Part shown: piece by piece, positions 25,107-33,861 of the stretch | Layout: each line of letters begins with the position of its first letter | Position numbering within the stretch: the stretch's first letter is position 1 | IMG/VR virus record: IMGVR_UViG_3300030095_006531 | Span: 12,457 to 76,456 of that record | Direction: 5' to 3' (one strand) | Source of the DNA: a virus | Taxonomy: Duplodnaviria > Caudoviricetes | DNA length: 64,000 nucleotides | Position numbers and translations under genes: made by a program | The notes under the pieces: model-generated | Database searches by the model: none | Told to the model about the DNA's origin: nothing | What the model saw: only the letters and a program-made list of their open reading frames with translations

Positions 25107-26482
25107 TAAATAACTGCTCCTTTCATTAATTTTTTGTATTTATCTAACATAAATTTTTGTTGCTCTTCTTGTGACAGGGCTGGGCCTGTCATTTCTTGCG
25201 GTTCATATCTGTCCAGCACCTTAATATCAATATTGGCCGTATCCATGAAAATATTATGAACTAGACCGTCTGGCCCATTGCGATTTTTAGCTATATAAAT
25301 TCTGCCACCGTTGTTCTGCTTATCCTCTGCCGTCCTTGATACAGAAAAAATAAGATCTGCAACAAAGCACTTATTAAATGCTTCCGAGATTGATTGCATT
25401 GTGATGATTTCTGCCTGCAACCCTGTTCTGTTTGTTTGAGATGCCGTCCAACCAACAACATTATTTTCCATCATTATTGCTCGCAAATCTTCGTAGATTG
25501 ATTCCAGTTCTTCACGCTTTTCCCTTCTCATGGAAATAGTTTTGAGTAGATCGGCATAGTCCACAATGATCATGTCAGGAATAATACCTTGTTGTTTTAA
25601 TTTTTCTAAATGAGCGCGAATTGTGTTTGTGTTTGCCGTTTTTGTTGGATACTCTTTAACAATCAATTTACCATCAAAACCCTTAAGCTCTTCTCTGATC
25701 TCTTGTTTCCTATCTAATAGTTCATCCAGAGGGATTCCCGTGATGCATGAATCGTACCTATTTGCGATTACCGTATCTTTTAATTCAAAAGTGTAGTGTA
25801 CAACTGTCATCCCTGCCTTGAAAGCAGTAGCGCCCAAATGAACAAGAACCATAGACTTACCCACTCCTGTTGGAGCTACAACCACACCTAATTCACCCCG
25901 ACCGCCGCCACCTCCAGTGATTTTATCTAAATTTTCCCACCCTGTTGTGATTGCTTCTCGACCAGAGAACATAAATCTTTCTTCAAAATCTTTGATATAA
26001 TCGTAACCGAAATCGGCGTCGGCACCTGCCTTCAACGCATCATTGATGAGTACAGAAATTTCATCAAATGAGCATTTTTTGAGCAATGAAGTTGATTGTA
26101 GCATCGCTTCTCGTAGTTTCTGTTTCCTACAAAAATCAATAGCAGTATCTTTCACATATTGAGACGACTCCAGGATATTGACATTGGCCAAAGTCCTTGC
26201 ATAGTAATCACGAATTTGCTTTTGAAGAGCTTCATTCAAATCTTCTAGTTGCGACTTTATAACCGTCTTCATAGTTTCGTGAGATGGCTGTTCTTTATAC
26301 TTATTTTTGTGATGAAAGATTTTTTCAACAAAAACCTGAAGGTATTTAAACTCCAAAAACTCGACATTTAATACTTCAAGCATTCGATCTGCAAAGACTC
26401 GGTCATCTAGAATTAAAAATGTTAGTTTTTCTTGAAATGTTTTTCCATATTTTGAAAAAGAAATCTGCTCATTATCGGACAT
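25106..26482 (-). CDS. Replicative helicase (DnaB/T4 gp41-like)
   Basis: APTGVGKS, IIVDYAD, WTASQTNR and IYIAKNRNG; start moved to ATG 26482 after GAGG. Confidence 0.92.
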   Translation of the reverse strand: MSDNEQISFSKYGKTFQEKLTFLILDDRVFADRMLEVLNVEFLEFKYLQVFVEKIFHHKNKYKEQPSHETMKTVIKSQLEDLNEALQKQIRDYYARTLANVNILESSQYVKDTAIDFCRKQKLREAMLQSTSLLKKCSFDEISVLINDALKAGADADFGYDYIKDFEERFMFSGREAITTGWENLDKITGGGGGRGELGVVVAPTGVGKSMVLVHLGATAFKAGMTVVHYTFELKDTVIANRYDSCITGIPLDELLDRKQEIREELKGFDGKLIVKEYPTKTANTNTIRAHLEKLKQQGIIPDMIIVDYADLLKTISMRREKREELESIYEDLRAIMMENNVVGWTASQTNRTGLQAEIITMQSISEAFNKCFVADLIFSVSRTAEDKQNNGGRIYIAKNRNGPDGLVHNIFMDTANIDIKVLDRYEPQEMTGPALSQEEQQKFMLDKYKKLMKGAVI

Positions 26483-26511
26483 TATTACCTCGTAAATTTG
26501 ATTCAATATAG

Positions 26512-26540
26512 ATCATACATCATCCAATCAACACTGTCAA
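26512..26540 (-). promoter_or_regulatory. sigma70-type promoter
   Basis: TTGACA-17nt-TATGAT. Confidence 0.8.
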
Positions 26541-26567
26541 CACTTTTGTTCAGAATGAACAATGTAA

Positions 26568-27545
26568 CTAGTGCTTATTCGTGTCAATCAACGATCTAAA
26601 TTTCTGAAAAAGAGAATTCCAATTGAACTCGTGTATCCCATCAAGTGACATCATTTTCAAGACTTCAGTTCTATTGAAAGATGGTTTAAAATTTGTAACA
26701 GTATTATTAATATGTTGTGAACTTTTCACAGAAATGTGTGGAGAATAAAGCTGCATTAATTTGTAGTTCAACTCAACTTTATTTTTTTCTGATATTATAT
26801 TTTTAAATATTTTGTGACCAGAATCAGATTTGCGACAAAAAGAAAAAAGATCGTCCAAAGTGCAAGATTTTTCTTCTGAAAGAAATGAGAAATTTTTTGC
26901 AATGGTTTTTAAGCCAGCACCTCTTACGCCGTCGAGATTATCTGACTTATCTCCATCTATTGCTCTAGCGATGGCAAAATTGTTTGGATGGATAGAAAAC
27001 TGATCCAAGATCCTTTTCTTGTTCAAAAACTCATTCTTAACTGGACTATAGATCATTGTCTTATCGTCACATAGTTGATAAAAATCCTTATCCATGGAGA
27101 CGATTATTTTAACATTCTCTCTTAAAGAGGGCATCCGACAAACATATGCAATCACATCATCAGCTTCAATGTCTTCAATCATTAGTTGTATGATTGGCAT
27201 CACATTGAGATATTCAATAGTTTTTTTCATCTGGTCGTATCTATTTTGTGACTCCTCAATCGAGGACATTCCATCGTAGGCTCTGTTTAGTTTCAGAGGT
27301 TTGCGGCCTTCTTTATATTGATTTGCCAAGGCTTGGCGTTTTTTGCTTCCGCCGCCACCGTCCCATACGACCACTATTTTATCAGGTTGAATATCTCTTG
27401 TCATTTTTTGCAATGACATTAAAAATCCTTTCGTCCCCCCAATAGGAGAGCCGTCTGCCGCTAAAGACGGGTTCATAACATAATTTCTTATGAACAGGTT
27501 CATTGCATCAATTATTAAAATCTTTTCAGACATTTTATCCCTCAC
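26568..27545 (-). CDS. 5'-3' exonuclease/flap endonuclease (PolI N-domain, T4 RNase H-like)
   Basis: LIIDAMN, VVWDG, IEADDVI, SMDKDFYQL and GDKSDNLDGVRGAGLKT. Confidence 0.93.
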   Translation of the reverse strand: MRDKMSEKILIIDAMNLFIRNYVMNPSLAADGSPIGGTKGFLMSLQKMTRDIQPDKIVVVWDGGGGSKKRQALANQYKEGRKPLKLNRAYDGMSSIEESQNRYDQMKKTIEYLNVMPIIQLMIEDIEADDVIAYVCRMPSLRENVKIIVSMDKDFYQLCDDKTMIYSPVKNEFLNKKRILDQFSIHPNNFAIARAIDGDKSDNLDGVRGAGLKTIAKNFSFLSEEKSCTLDDLFSFCRKSDSGHKIFKNIISEKNKVELNYKLMQLYSPHISVKSSQHINNTVTNFKPSFNRTEVLKMMSLDGIHEFNWNSLFQKFRSLIDTNKH

Positions 27546-28350
27546 TTATAAAGCTGTTAATCAAATTTTCAACGATATTATGCGTTTCTTCTACATTTTT
27601 AACCTCATATGCACGTTCTGGGTGTGTCTTTTTTATTTTATCATACAGAGGTTTATCATTACCTTCAGGGATTTTGCACCTATCTCCAATAAACCAAACA
27701 TCATGGTCTTTAAAATGATTTAAAGCCTGAGTCTTATCCCAGCCACAGGGGTAAATATCAATAGAGGTACTGCCACCCAAAGAAAAGCACAGTTTTTTTG
27801 CCAACCATGTACGATTAAATTTTTCTATATATTTCTTTCTCGCGCCTTCTTCCTTATCCAAGTCCATAAACTCCATTCGATCCCGAAGGTTGGCCGATCT
27901 ACCAACCGGACACCAATTTATTAGAGATTCTCGGTAAGATATAAAATGACCACTCATTGGAATTTTTTTAGGATGAGTCATATGAAAAATATACATTTGT
28001 TCCAGCAGTGCAAAAGATAATTTGCGATAATATTCTTCTCCCAAATGTTCACGCATATTCAGGCCAAAAACTTTTTTCCAACTTCCCGTTTCCCATTCTT
28101 TATAGTCCCAAATGTATTTTTGTGTGCCATTGCAAGGTAAAATAAAAAAGTTGGAATAATTTTCGTTCTTGTTAAACAGGGATTTGCACTGTTGCATTAC
28201 ATAATTGAAATCACTTCCAGTAACAATTCCAACTTTTGCGACCTTAGAGAGGGAAAGAAGGGCTTCTTCCATCTTTTTTTCAATTAATTGGCGTGGTGGG
28301 GTGATTGTTCCATCCATATCTAACAATACAACTTTATTGCTCATCATCAA
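27535..28350 (-). CDS. HAD-family phosphomannomutase (eukaryote-type PMM)
   Basis: LLDMDGTITPPR, VTGSD, INWCPVGR, GGSTSIDIYPCGWDK and IGDR...GND. Confidence 0.85.
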   Translation of the reverse strand: MMMSNKVVLLDMDGTITPPRQLIEKKMEEALLSLSKVAKVGIVTGSDFNYVMQQCKSLFNKNENYSNFFILPCNGTQKYIWDYKEWETGSWKKVFGLNMREHLGEEYYRKLSFALLEQMYIFHMTHPKKIPMSGHFISYRESLINWCPVGRSANLRDRMEFMDLDKEEGARKKYIEKFNRTWLAKKLCFSLGGSTSIDIYPCGWDKTQALNHFKDHDVWFIGDRCKIPEGNDKPLYDKIKKTHPERAYEVKNVEETHNIVENLINSFISEG

Positions 28351-28361
28351 CTAATCCCTAC

Positions 28362-29498
28362 TTATTTTGCATTAACTTTCGCTTCTTTAACCGACTCTTC
28401 TTCTAGGTCATAAAAGTCTTCTGCTTTACCGCTTTTATTTTCAAACTTTTGAATAACTTCCTCGTCTATTATCTGATGTACAATTTTGGAGAATTTTGGA
28501 TCTGTTTTCATAAGTTTTGGAAATGTTGCTGCTTGAAACTTCTTTTCGTAACCCTCCAGAGTAAACCATGCTCCACTGTTTTTAAGTTTGTCAGATGGTT
28601 TAATTGCTGTCAAAAGGGATTCGTCATTTAAAATTCCAACCTGCTCTCCACCCCACAAGATTTTAAAATTACAAATTCGACCTTGAGTACCGAATTTAGA
28701 TTTCTCTAGTTTGGCTTTTACTTCCGACCCTATTCTATATCCATTATCATCTTCAATAAAAGTCTTTTTACCTTTTAGGCCGGTGAGCCAAACTCTTAAT
28801 GAGTAAGCATAAATAATCGCTTTGCCGCCAGGTGTAAACCAAGGTTGCGACAACATCATCATAGGGTTGGACGTGTTAATGTTTGTCTTGAGTTGGTTAA
28901 GAACTAGCAATGTTGACTGAGATTTGTTAAGTGCAACTGTCAGTTTCTGCATCCCCAGCGAAAGGACTCTTGGTTTTTGAGCCATTGATGCTTGTGGGTT
29001 AAAATCTTTTTCTAGATCTGCACGGCATGGGGTCATTGCTAAAGAATCCACAACGAACAAGTATCGATTGTCGGGATCGTTTGACATGCACAGCTCGGCG
29101 GTTTCAAGAACCATTTCGATGTCGTCGGGCTGAATGATAAGGATTTGATTATCACCTTCCATATCACAACCAAGTTTTTCAAGAAATTCACTTGTCATTG
29201 TTTGTTCGGAGTCAAAGTAAAGAACCTTGATGCCTTTCTTTTGAGCTTCTCGGGCAACCTGACCAGCCATATAAGATTTTCCAGAACTTTCAAGACCCGC
29301 TATTTCGGTTACGCGACCAACAGGAATGCCTGCTAGTTGGCCTCGGCAGATGATAGAGTCTAGCCAGCGCGAGCCCGTGGAAATCCAGTCTTTAATATCG
29401 GCAGGGCTTTCTTGATCTCCTGAAAAGGCAACAGTTCGGCCTGCTTTCTTGTTGATCATTTTTAAAATATCTTTTGATGAGAGTTTTCCGTCACCCAT
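28362..29498 (-). CDS. recA: RecA/UvsX recombinase
   Basis: EIAGLESSGKS, YFDSE, VVDSLA, LNQLK and TPGGKAI; start ATG 29498 after AGGAG. Confidence 0.95.
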   Translation of the reverse strand: MGDGKLSSKDILKMINKKAGRTVAFSGDQESPADIKDWISTGSRWLDSIICRGQLAGIPVGRVTEIAGLESSGKSYMAGQVAREAQKKGIKVLYFDSEQTMTSEFLEKLGCDMEGDNQILIIQPDDIEMVLETAELCMSNDPDNRYLFVVDSLAMTPCRADLEKDFNPQASMAQKPRVLSLGMQKLTVALNKSQSTLLVLNQLKTNINTSNPMMMLSQPWFTPGGKAIIYAYSLRVWLTGLKGKKTFIEDDNGYRIGSEVKAKLEKSKFGTQGRICNFKILWGGEQVGILNDESLLTAIKPSDKLKNSGAWFTLEGYEKKFQAATFPKLMKTDPKFSKIVHQIIDEEVIQKFENKSGKAEDFYDLEEESVKEAKVNAK

Positions 29499-29510
29499 AT
29501 ATTCTCCTAT

Positions 29511-29558
29511 AAAAAAAGAAAGCACTGCGACATTAGATTTTAACATCGCAGTGCTTTC
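29511..29558 (-). terminator. Rho-independent terminator after SSB
   Basis: GAAAGCACTGCGA/TCGCAGTGCTTTC stem plus U7. Confidence 0.85.
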
Positions 29559-29577
29559 AAAAACTAAATGTTTTTAT

Positions 29578-30309
29578 TTACGCAGACAATTCGCGAATTG
29601 CTTCGTCTACACTACTGATTCCAACATCATCGACACTTGGACCATCAATCGGGTTTAGGAATGCTTCCAAAATGTTTTTAACATCTGTTGTTGATTTACG
29701 CTGAAATAGAGAATCAATTTCTGGAACCTGTTCCAGTATTTCTTTGATTCCCGCTTTTGAACTTGCCAAAGCTGAGGATTTTCTCTTGGGTACGAGATTT
29801 GTTTGAGGAAACGCACCTTTTGTCTTTGGAAGAGTATAATTTAAGGTAAAGTCCACACCAGAATCAGTGTCAGTAATATCACCATAATCAGGATTTAAAA
29901 CAAGACCCAAAAGGGTTTCATAAATGGTTTTACCATAGCCCCAGATTTTCACACCTTGTTCTTCCTCACCACGCACAATTACAGGGGAGAAAAACCGTTG
30001 GCGAACAAAAAGAGACTTAGCCATCTTCTTGCTTTCTTCAGTACCCTCTTGCCACAGTTTTGATGCGAAATCACAAACTGGACAATTATCCCCAAATTGT
30101 CGTTTAGGGCAAAGAATCCCGCCACGAGCGCCTTCACCTAGATTATAGTGAAAGTGATATACTTTGAACGGATCCCCATCTTCGGTGGGAACAAGACGGA
30201 TGTCTTGATCACCCTCTTGAGGTCGCCACCAAACATTGTCTGATTTAGATTTACCACCTGATTCAAGTTCCTGAAGTTTGGCCTTCATTTTAGCCATGTC
30301 TAATGCCAT
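29578..30309 (-). CDS. Single-stranded DNA-binding protein (T4 gp32-like)
   Basis: WWRP...IRLVP, CPK..G..CPVC, KIWGYGK, DYGDITD and an acidic tail. Confidence 0.85.
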   Translation of the reverse strand: MALDMAKMKAKLQELESGGKSKSDNVWWRPQEGDQDIRLVPTEDGDPFKVYHFHYNLGEGARGGILCPKRQFGDNCPVCDFASKLWQEGTEESKKMAKSLFVRQRFFSPVIVRGEEEQGVKIWGYGKTIYETLLGLVLNPDYGDITDTDSGVDFTLNYTLPKTKGAFPQTNLVPKRKSSALASSKAGIKEILEQVPEIDSLFQRKSTTDVKNILEAFLNPIDGPSVDDVGISSVDEAIRELSA

Positions 30310-30360
30310 ATTTATTTTCTCCTTAAGGTAAGATCAGCAAATATCCCAATCTTCCAGTTT

Positions 30361-31191
30361 TTATTTTTGTATCACCGATGAGTGATTTAAACAATAAATG
30401 TAATCTTGTTCATAATCAGTCTCGAAGATCCCATAAGTAACTCTAACACCATCTTCTTTCTTCAAAGAAACAGCATTTTTTATTTTACTCATGAGCGCGA
30501 AATCTGATTCAAGCTTTTCTTTATTGTGAGTGTAATAGTACACTATATCTGTCACGTTGTCAAGCGAAAAAAACATTCGTTCTTCATTTTTTTCTAAATT
30601 TGACATACCAACTGTTGTTAGTCTTGCTCCGGTTGGTAGATTACAGTAAGTATCTGTAATTGCTTGATTATTTTTATAAACATTAATCATGTGAATTGTT
30701 GAAACAATCATTTCATTAATCTTTTCATGATAATTTTTAACTGAAATATCACCAATAATATCGGCTATTTCTTCATTAGAAACAATGTACATTCTCTCGA
30801 AAACGCCAGACCTAGTATACTCTTGAAGTACGTTATACACTAATCGCTCTAGCTTAACTTGATCTTCGTTTAATAGTGACATCTCTGGTTTAATATATAA
30901 AATATTTATTGAGCACTTCTTTAGGTTTTCTAGAATTGATAGAGTTGCGGAACTTACTTTTCCTGAGCCTGCTAAAACAAAAAGAACATCACCCTTTACC
31001 CCCTTAAAGAATGACCTCATTGAGGGTATTTTTTCTTCATAATCTTCTAACTTTTGATGCTCTTTTATGGGGTAAGTATGTTTGGTCTTCTTCAGACCAA
31101 CATCAATTTTATATGTCAAATATTGAGGAAATTGAGCAAACTTGTCGGCGATATTACAACCGGCTTTGCCCAGGCCAATAACTGCATCCAT
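30361..31191 (-). CDS. Tubulin/FtsZ-like protein (PhuZ/TubZ-type), divergent
   Basis: VIGLGKAGCNIA N-terminal motif; signature loop degenerate (LAGSGKVSSA). Confidence 0.7.
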   Translation of the reverse strand: MDAVIGLGKAGCNIADKFAQFPQYLTYKIDVGLKKTKHTYPIKEHQKLEDYEEKIPSMRSFFKGVKGDVLFVLAGSGKVSSATLSILENLKKCSINILYIKPEMSLLNEDQVKLERLVYNVLQEYTRSGVFERMYIVSNEEIADIIGDISVKNYHEKINEMIVSTIHMINVYKNNQAITDTYCNLPTGARLTTVGMSNLEKNEERMFFSLDNVTDIVYYYTHNKEKLESDFALMSKIKNAVSLKKEDGVRVTYGIFETDYEQDYIYCLNHSSVIQK

Positions 31192-31499
31192 TATTCTGAT
31201 ACTTCCCGAAGAACATATTTTTTCTGAAATGCTCCACGTTTTAAGTTCTTTTTAATTCTTGCCCCCAACAAATCCCACTTGTTCGTTTCAGCGATTGTGA
31301 CAACTACTTCATGGAGATCCGCCAATTCTTCAACACAAGGGTTTTCTTCAAACTCTTGGAGTTCTTCTTTTAATTTATAAATTAATCTATTTTGATATTC
31401 ATTATCGTCGGCAACATAATAAGAACATTGCTTTCCCTGCTCTTTTATAATTGATGGAATTCTGTCTCTTACTAGTTTGTCATACTTTTTAATTGTCAT
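31191..31499 (-). CDS. MazG-like nucleoside triphosphate pyrophosphohydrolase
   Basis: KLVRDRIP...KLKEE...EELADL.EV. Confidence 0.85.
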   Translation of the reverse strand: MTIKKYDKLVRDRIPSIIKEQGKQCSYYVADDNEYQNRLIYKLKEELQEFEENPCVEELADLHEVVVTIAETNKWDLLGARIKKNLKRGAFQKKYVLREVSE

Positions 31500-32734
31500 T
31501 TGAACCTCTTCATATTTCCAAAATCTGTTCCAAGACTTGCATTTACTTTAAATTTTCCCATATCAGTATCGCTGAAAACATCCATCAGTTCTTGGATAAT
31601 TTCTTTATCATCACGGGAAAAATCAATCACCATACTATCATGAATCAGCGCCATTGTAAAGGATTTTCTGTTTCTTAATATTTTATTTACTGCGATTGCT
31701 CTTCTCAAAAACACATCAGATGTTGTGCTCTGGATGATCGCATTCAGTGCGTGAAACTCGTCAGCCTGAACAGTTCTTCCAAACGGATTTTTAATTTGAG
31801 TCCCGTCCCAATATTTATTTAATGCTTTCTTTTTGTCGTAATATTTTTCAATCTGAGGGATTCCCAACGATACATTTGGTGGTCCATAAAGCCAGCCAAA
31901 AATCTTTCTTTTAATCTCATCACGATCAAACACATGATCCGATAATTTATTAAGAATTTGACCATGCCATTCGTGTATATCGTTATTTGGTTGCTCCTCT
32001 TCATTCAAAGCAAGCAAACATCTTAGCTCTGCCGCATTGAAATCCAATTCAATAAACCAATCATTTTTGGGTTTAACAATTTTTCGATAATTCTTATCCA
32101 TCGTAAGGATCGGAAAAGAGTCACGTTTTGTGGTGAGACGCCCAGTGATAGTGCCAAATATATTATATTCAATGAATGGTCTGAGACATTTAACCTTGGC
32201 CTTAAACCTTCTAGTTTTGTATTGGTGTAGCTGATCGCTTAACTGACTCAAGTCAATACGCAATTTGTTACTCTCTATATCTGATATTAACTTGGACAAT
32301 TCCAGTAAAAACTCATAATTATCTGGTTTTTCGTAATTGCTTAGAACATGTTCTGTTATTTGTGTCCTGAGATCAAAATATTTCATTGAAAAACTTTCAG
32401 GCACCAAGTCATAAAAGCAATAATCATAATGTTTTACTTTCGCCTCTCTAAATGAGTTGTAAAAAGCATGATGCTTTTTCTTGACTTGTTCCCACTCTTC
32501 TTTTATACTGTCAGGACAACACTGATCTATATTATTATTTTTAATATATAAGGATGCATATTCAATATCATAATCTTTTAAGACAGGACTATATGACCAT
32601 GTTTTTGAATATTTATTATATTCAGGGTGTTTTATAATCGCTTTGTCTGCATAAACACTTGGACATTCCTGTTTTTTATCAATTATGTGAAATAACATAT
32701 TTGAGATCGTAGCATATTTTTGAAAGGCTGTCAA
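31496..32734 (-). CDS. Family A DNA polymerase, polymerase domain only
   Basis: TGRL, motif A DFNAAELR, motif B K..IFGWLYG, NAIIQST and motif C IHDS. Confidence 0.85.
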   Translation of the reverse strand: MTAFQKYATISNMLFHIIDKKQECPSVYADKAIIKHPEYNKYSKTWSYSPVLKDYDIEYASLYIKNNNIDQCCPDSIKEEWEQVKKKHHAFYNSFREAKVKHYDYCFYDLVPESFSMKYFDLRTQITEHVLSNYEKPDNYEFLLELSKLISDIESNKLRIDLSQLSDQLHQYKTRRFKAKVKCLRPFIEYNIFGTITGRLTTKRDSFPILTMDKNYRKIVKPKNDWFIELDFNAAELRCLLALNEEEQPNNDIHEWHGQILNKLSDHVFDRDEIKRKIFGWLYGPPNVSLGIPQIEKYYDKKKALNKYWDGTQIKNPFGRTVQADEFHALNAIIQSTTSDVFLRRAIAVNKILRNRKSFTMALIHDSMVIDFSRDDKEIIQELMDVFSDTDMGKFKVNASLGTDFGNMKRFK

Positions 32735-33861
32735 CCAGGATTATTAAATTTTTCAAAAATAATTTTATAGGCTGTTTCGCTTTCGTTTTTTCTTACTAAA
32801 GTTTGTGCTGTCGAGGTCAGATTTAAAATATCGGAATTATTAAGGATATTGGGCGACTCATTGTGTAATAATTGTATATAATATCCAACCCAAAAAGGAT
32901 CGGGAAATTGTTCATTCATTTGAGCTTCAGTTATTAGTTCGCGTTCAATCATTTTTCTTAATGTTTTTTTGCACTTTCCATAATATTGATACATTTGGAT
33001 ATAAGGACTATCGGTGATAAAATTTAGATAAGATGAAAGTAAAAGATCTTTTATTAACTGTATTTCTGCGCTGTATGTCTTTATGTAATAATTTTGAAAC
33101 ACACTTTCAAAAGACTGGCTGTATTTTTGTAGGTATGGTTTCATAAAAGGCGACTTAAGATCCGCAACCAAGCGCCAAGGAGCATTTTTATCTATTTTAA
33201 ATCCATATTTTTGGGCTGCTTCAGTATAGCAAGTAAAGCATTCATTTTTCATATAAAATAAAGACTTAACAGTATCATTACCATGATCTGCATTTGCCAG
33301 CTCAATCATAATCCCTGAAGATAAAGGAGATATTTCGCTTGTTAATAGATAATTTGTTAATGTTAGTGGCATTTTGTGAGCAAAATTTCTCATGAACATT
33401 TCAAATTCCATTATGTAATCTTTAAACGTTACAATCTTTTCATCTCGTTTTTCAAGAGACAACCACTCTTCAATAAAGGCATTTATTATTTTGGCTGAAT
33501 ATGACTCCCATTTTAGCAGCGGATTATCATAACCTTTTCTCGCCAGTAATTCTTCAAATATACTACCTTCTGGATTTAACTTTTGTGTTAATATGTAATC
33601 CTGTCGCATATCTTCAAATGCGTCTGCAACAAAATCGAGAACAAATAAGTTTTCACCTTCTTCAGAAGCCTCTATTCTTTTCATGACCGATGCTATTGGG
33701 TAGATTGTGGATCCATCCGGTGCAATTTTTCCATATAGTTTTTTTTCACTCCATAAATCAATAGGATTAATCTCAAAATTATAACCATTAGCTTGGTATA
33801 ATGCTCTTTGATTAAACATGTTTTTAGCTCTTAAGCCATTTTTCCCATTGTAAGTTGGCAT
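32731..33861 (-). CDS. Hypothetical protein at the end of the baseplate operon
   Basis: 376-aa ORF coupled to the hub gene. Confidence 0.6.
   Translation of the reverse strand: MPTYNGKNGLRAKNMFNQRALYQANGYNFEINPIDLWSEKKLYGKIAPDGSTIYPIASVMKRIEASEEGENLFVLDFVADAFEDMRQDYILTQKLNPEGSIFEELLARKGYDNPLLKWESYSAKIINAFIEEWLSLEKRDEKIVTFKDYIMEFEMFMRNFAHKMPLTLTNYLLTSEISPLSSGIMIELANADHGNDTVKSLFYMKNECFTCYTEAAQKYGFKIDKNAPWRLVADLKSPFMKPYLQKYSQSFESVFQNYYIKTYSAEIQLIKDLLLSSYLNFITDSPYIQMYQYYGKCKKTLRKMIERELITEAQMNEQFPDPFWVGYYIQLLHNESPNILNNSDILNLTSTAQTLVRKNESETAYKIIFEKFNNPG

Noticed and set aside
30361-31191. Nucleus-forming jumbo phage
   Set aside because: The tubulin alone is insufficient; no chimallin or multisubunit phage RNA polymerase was seen, and the virion genes are T4-like.
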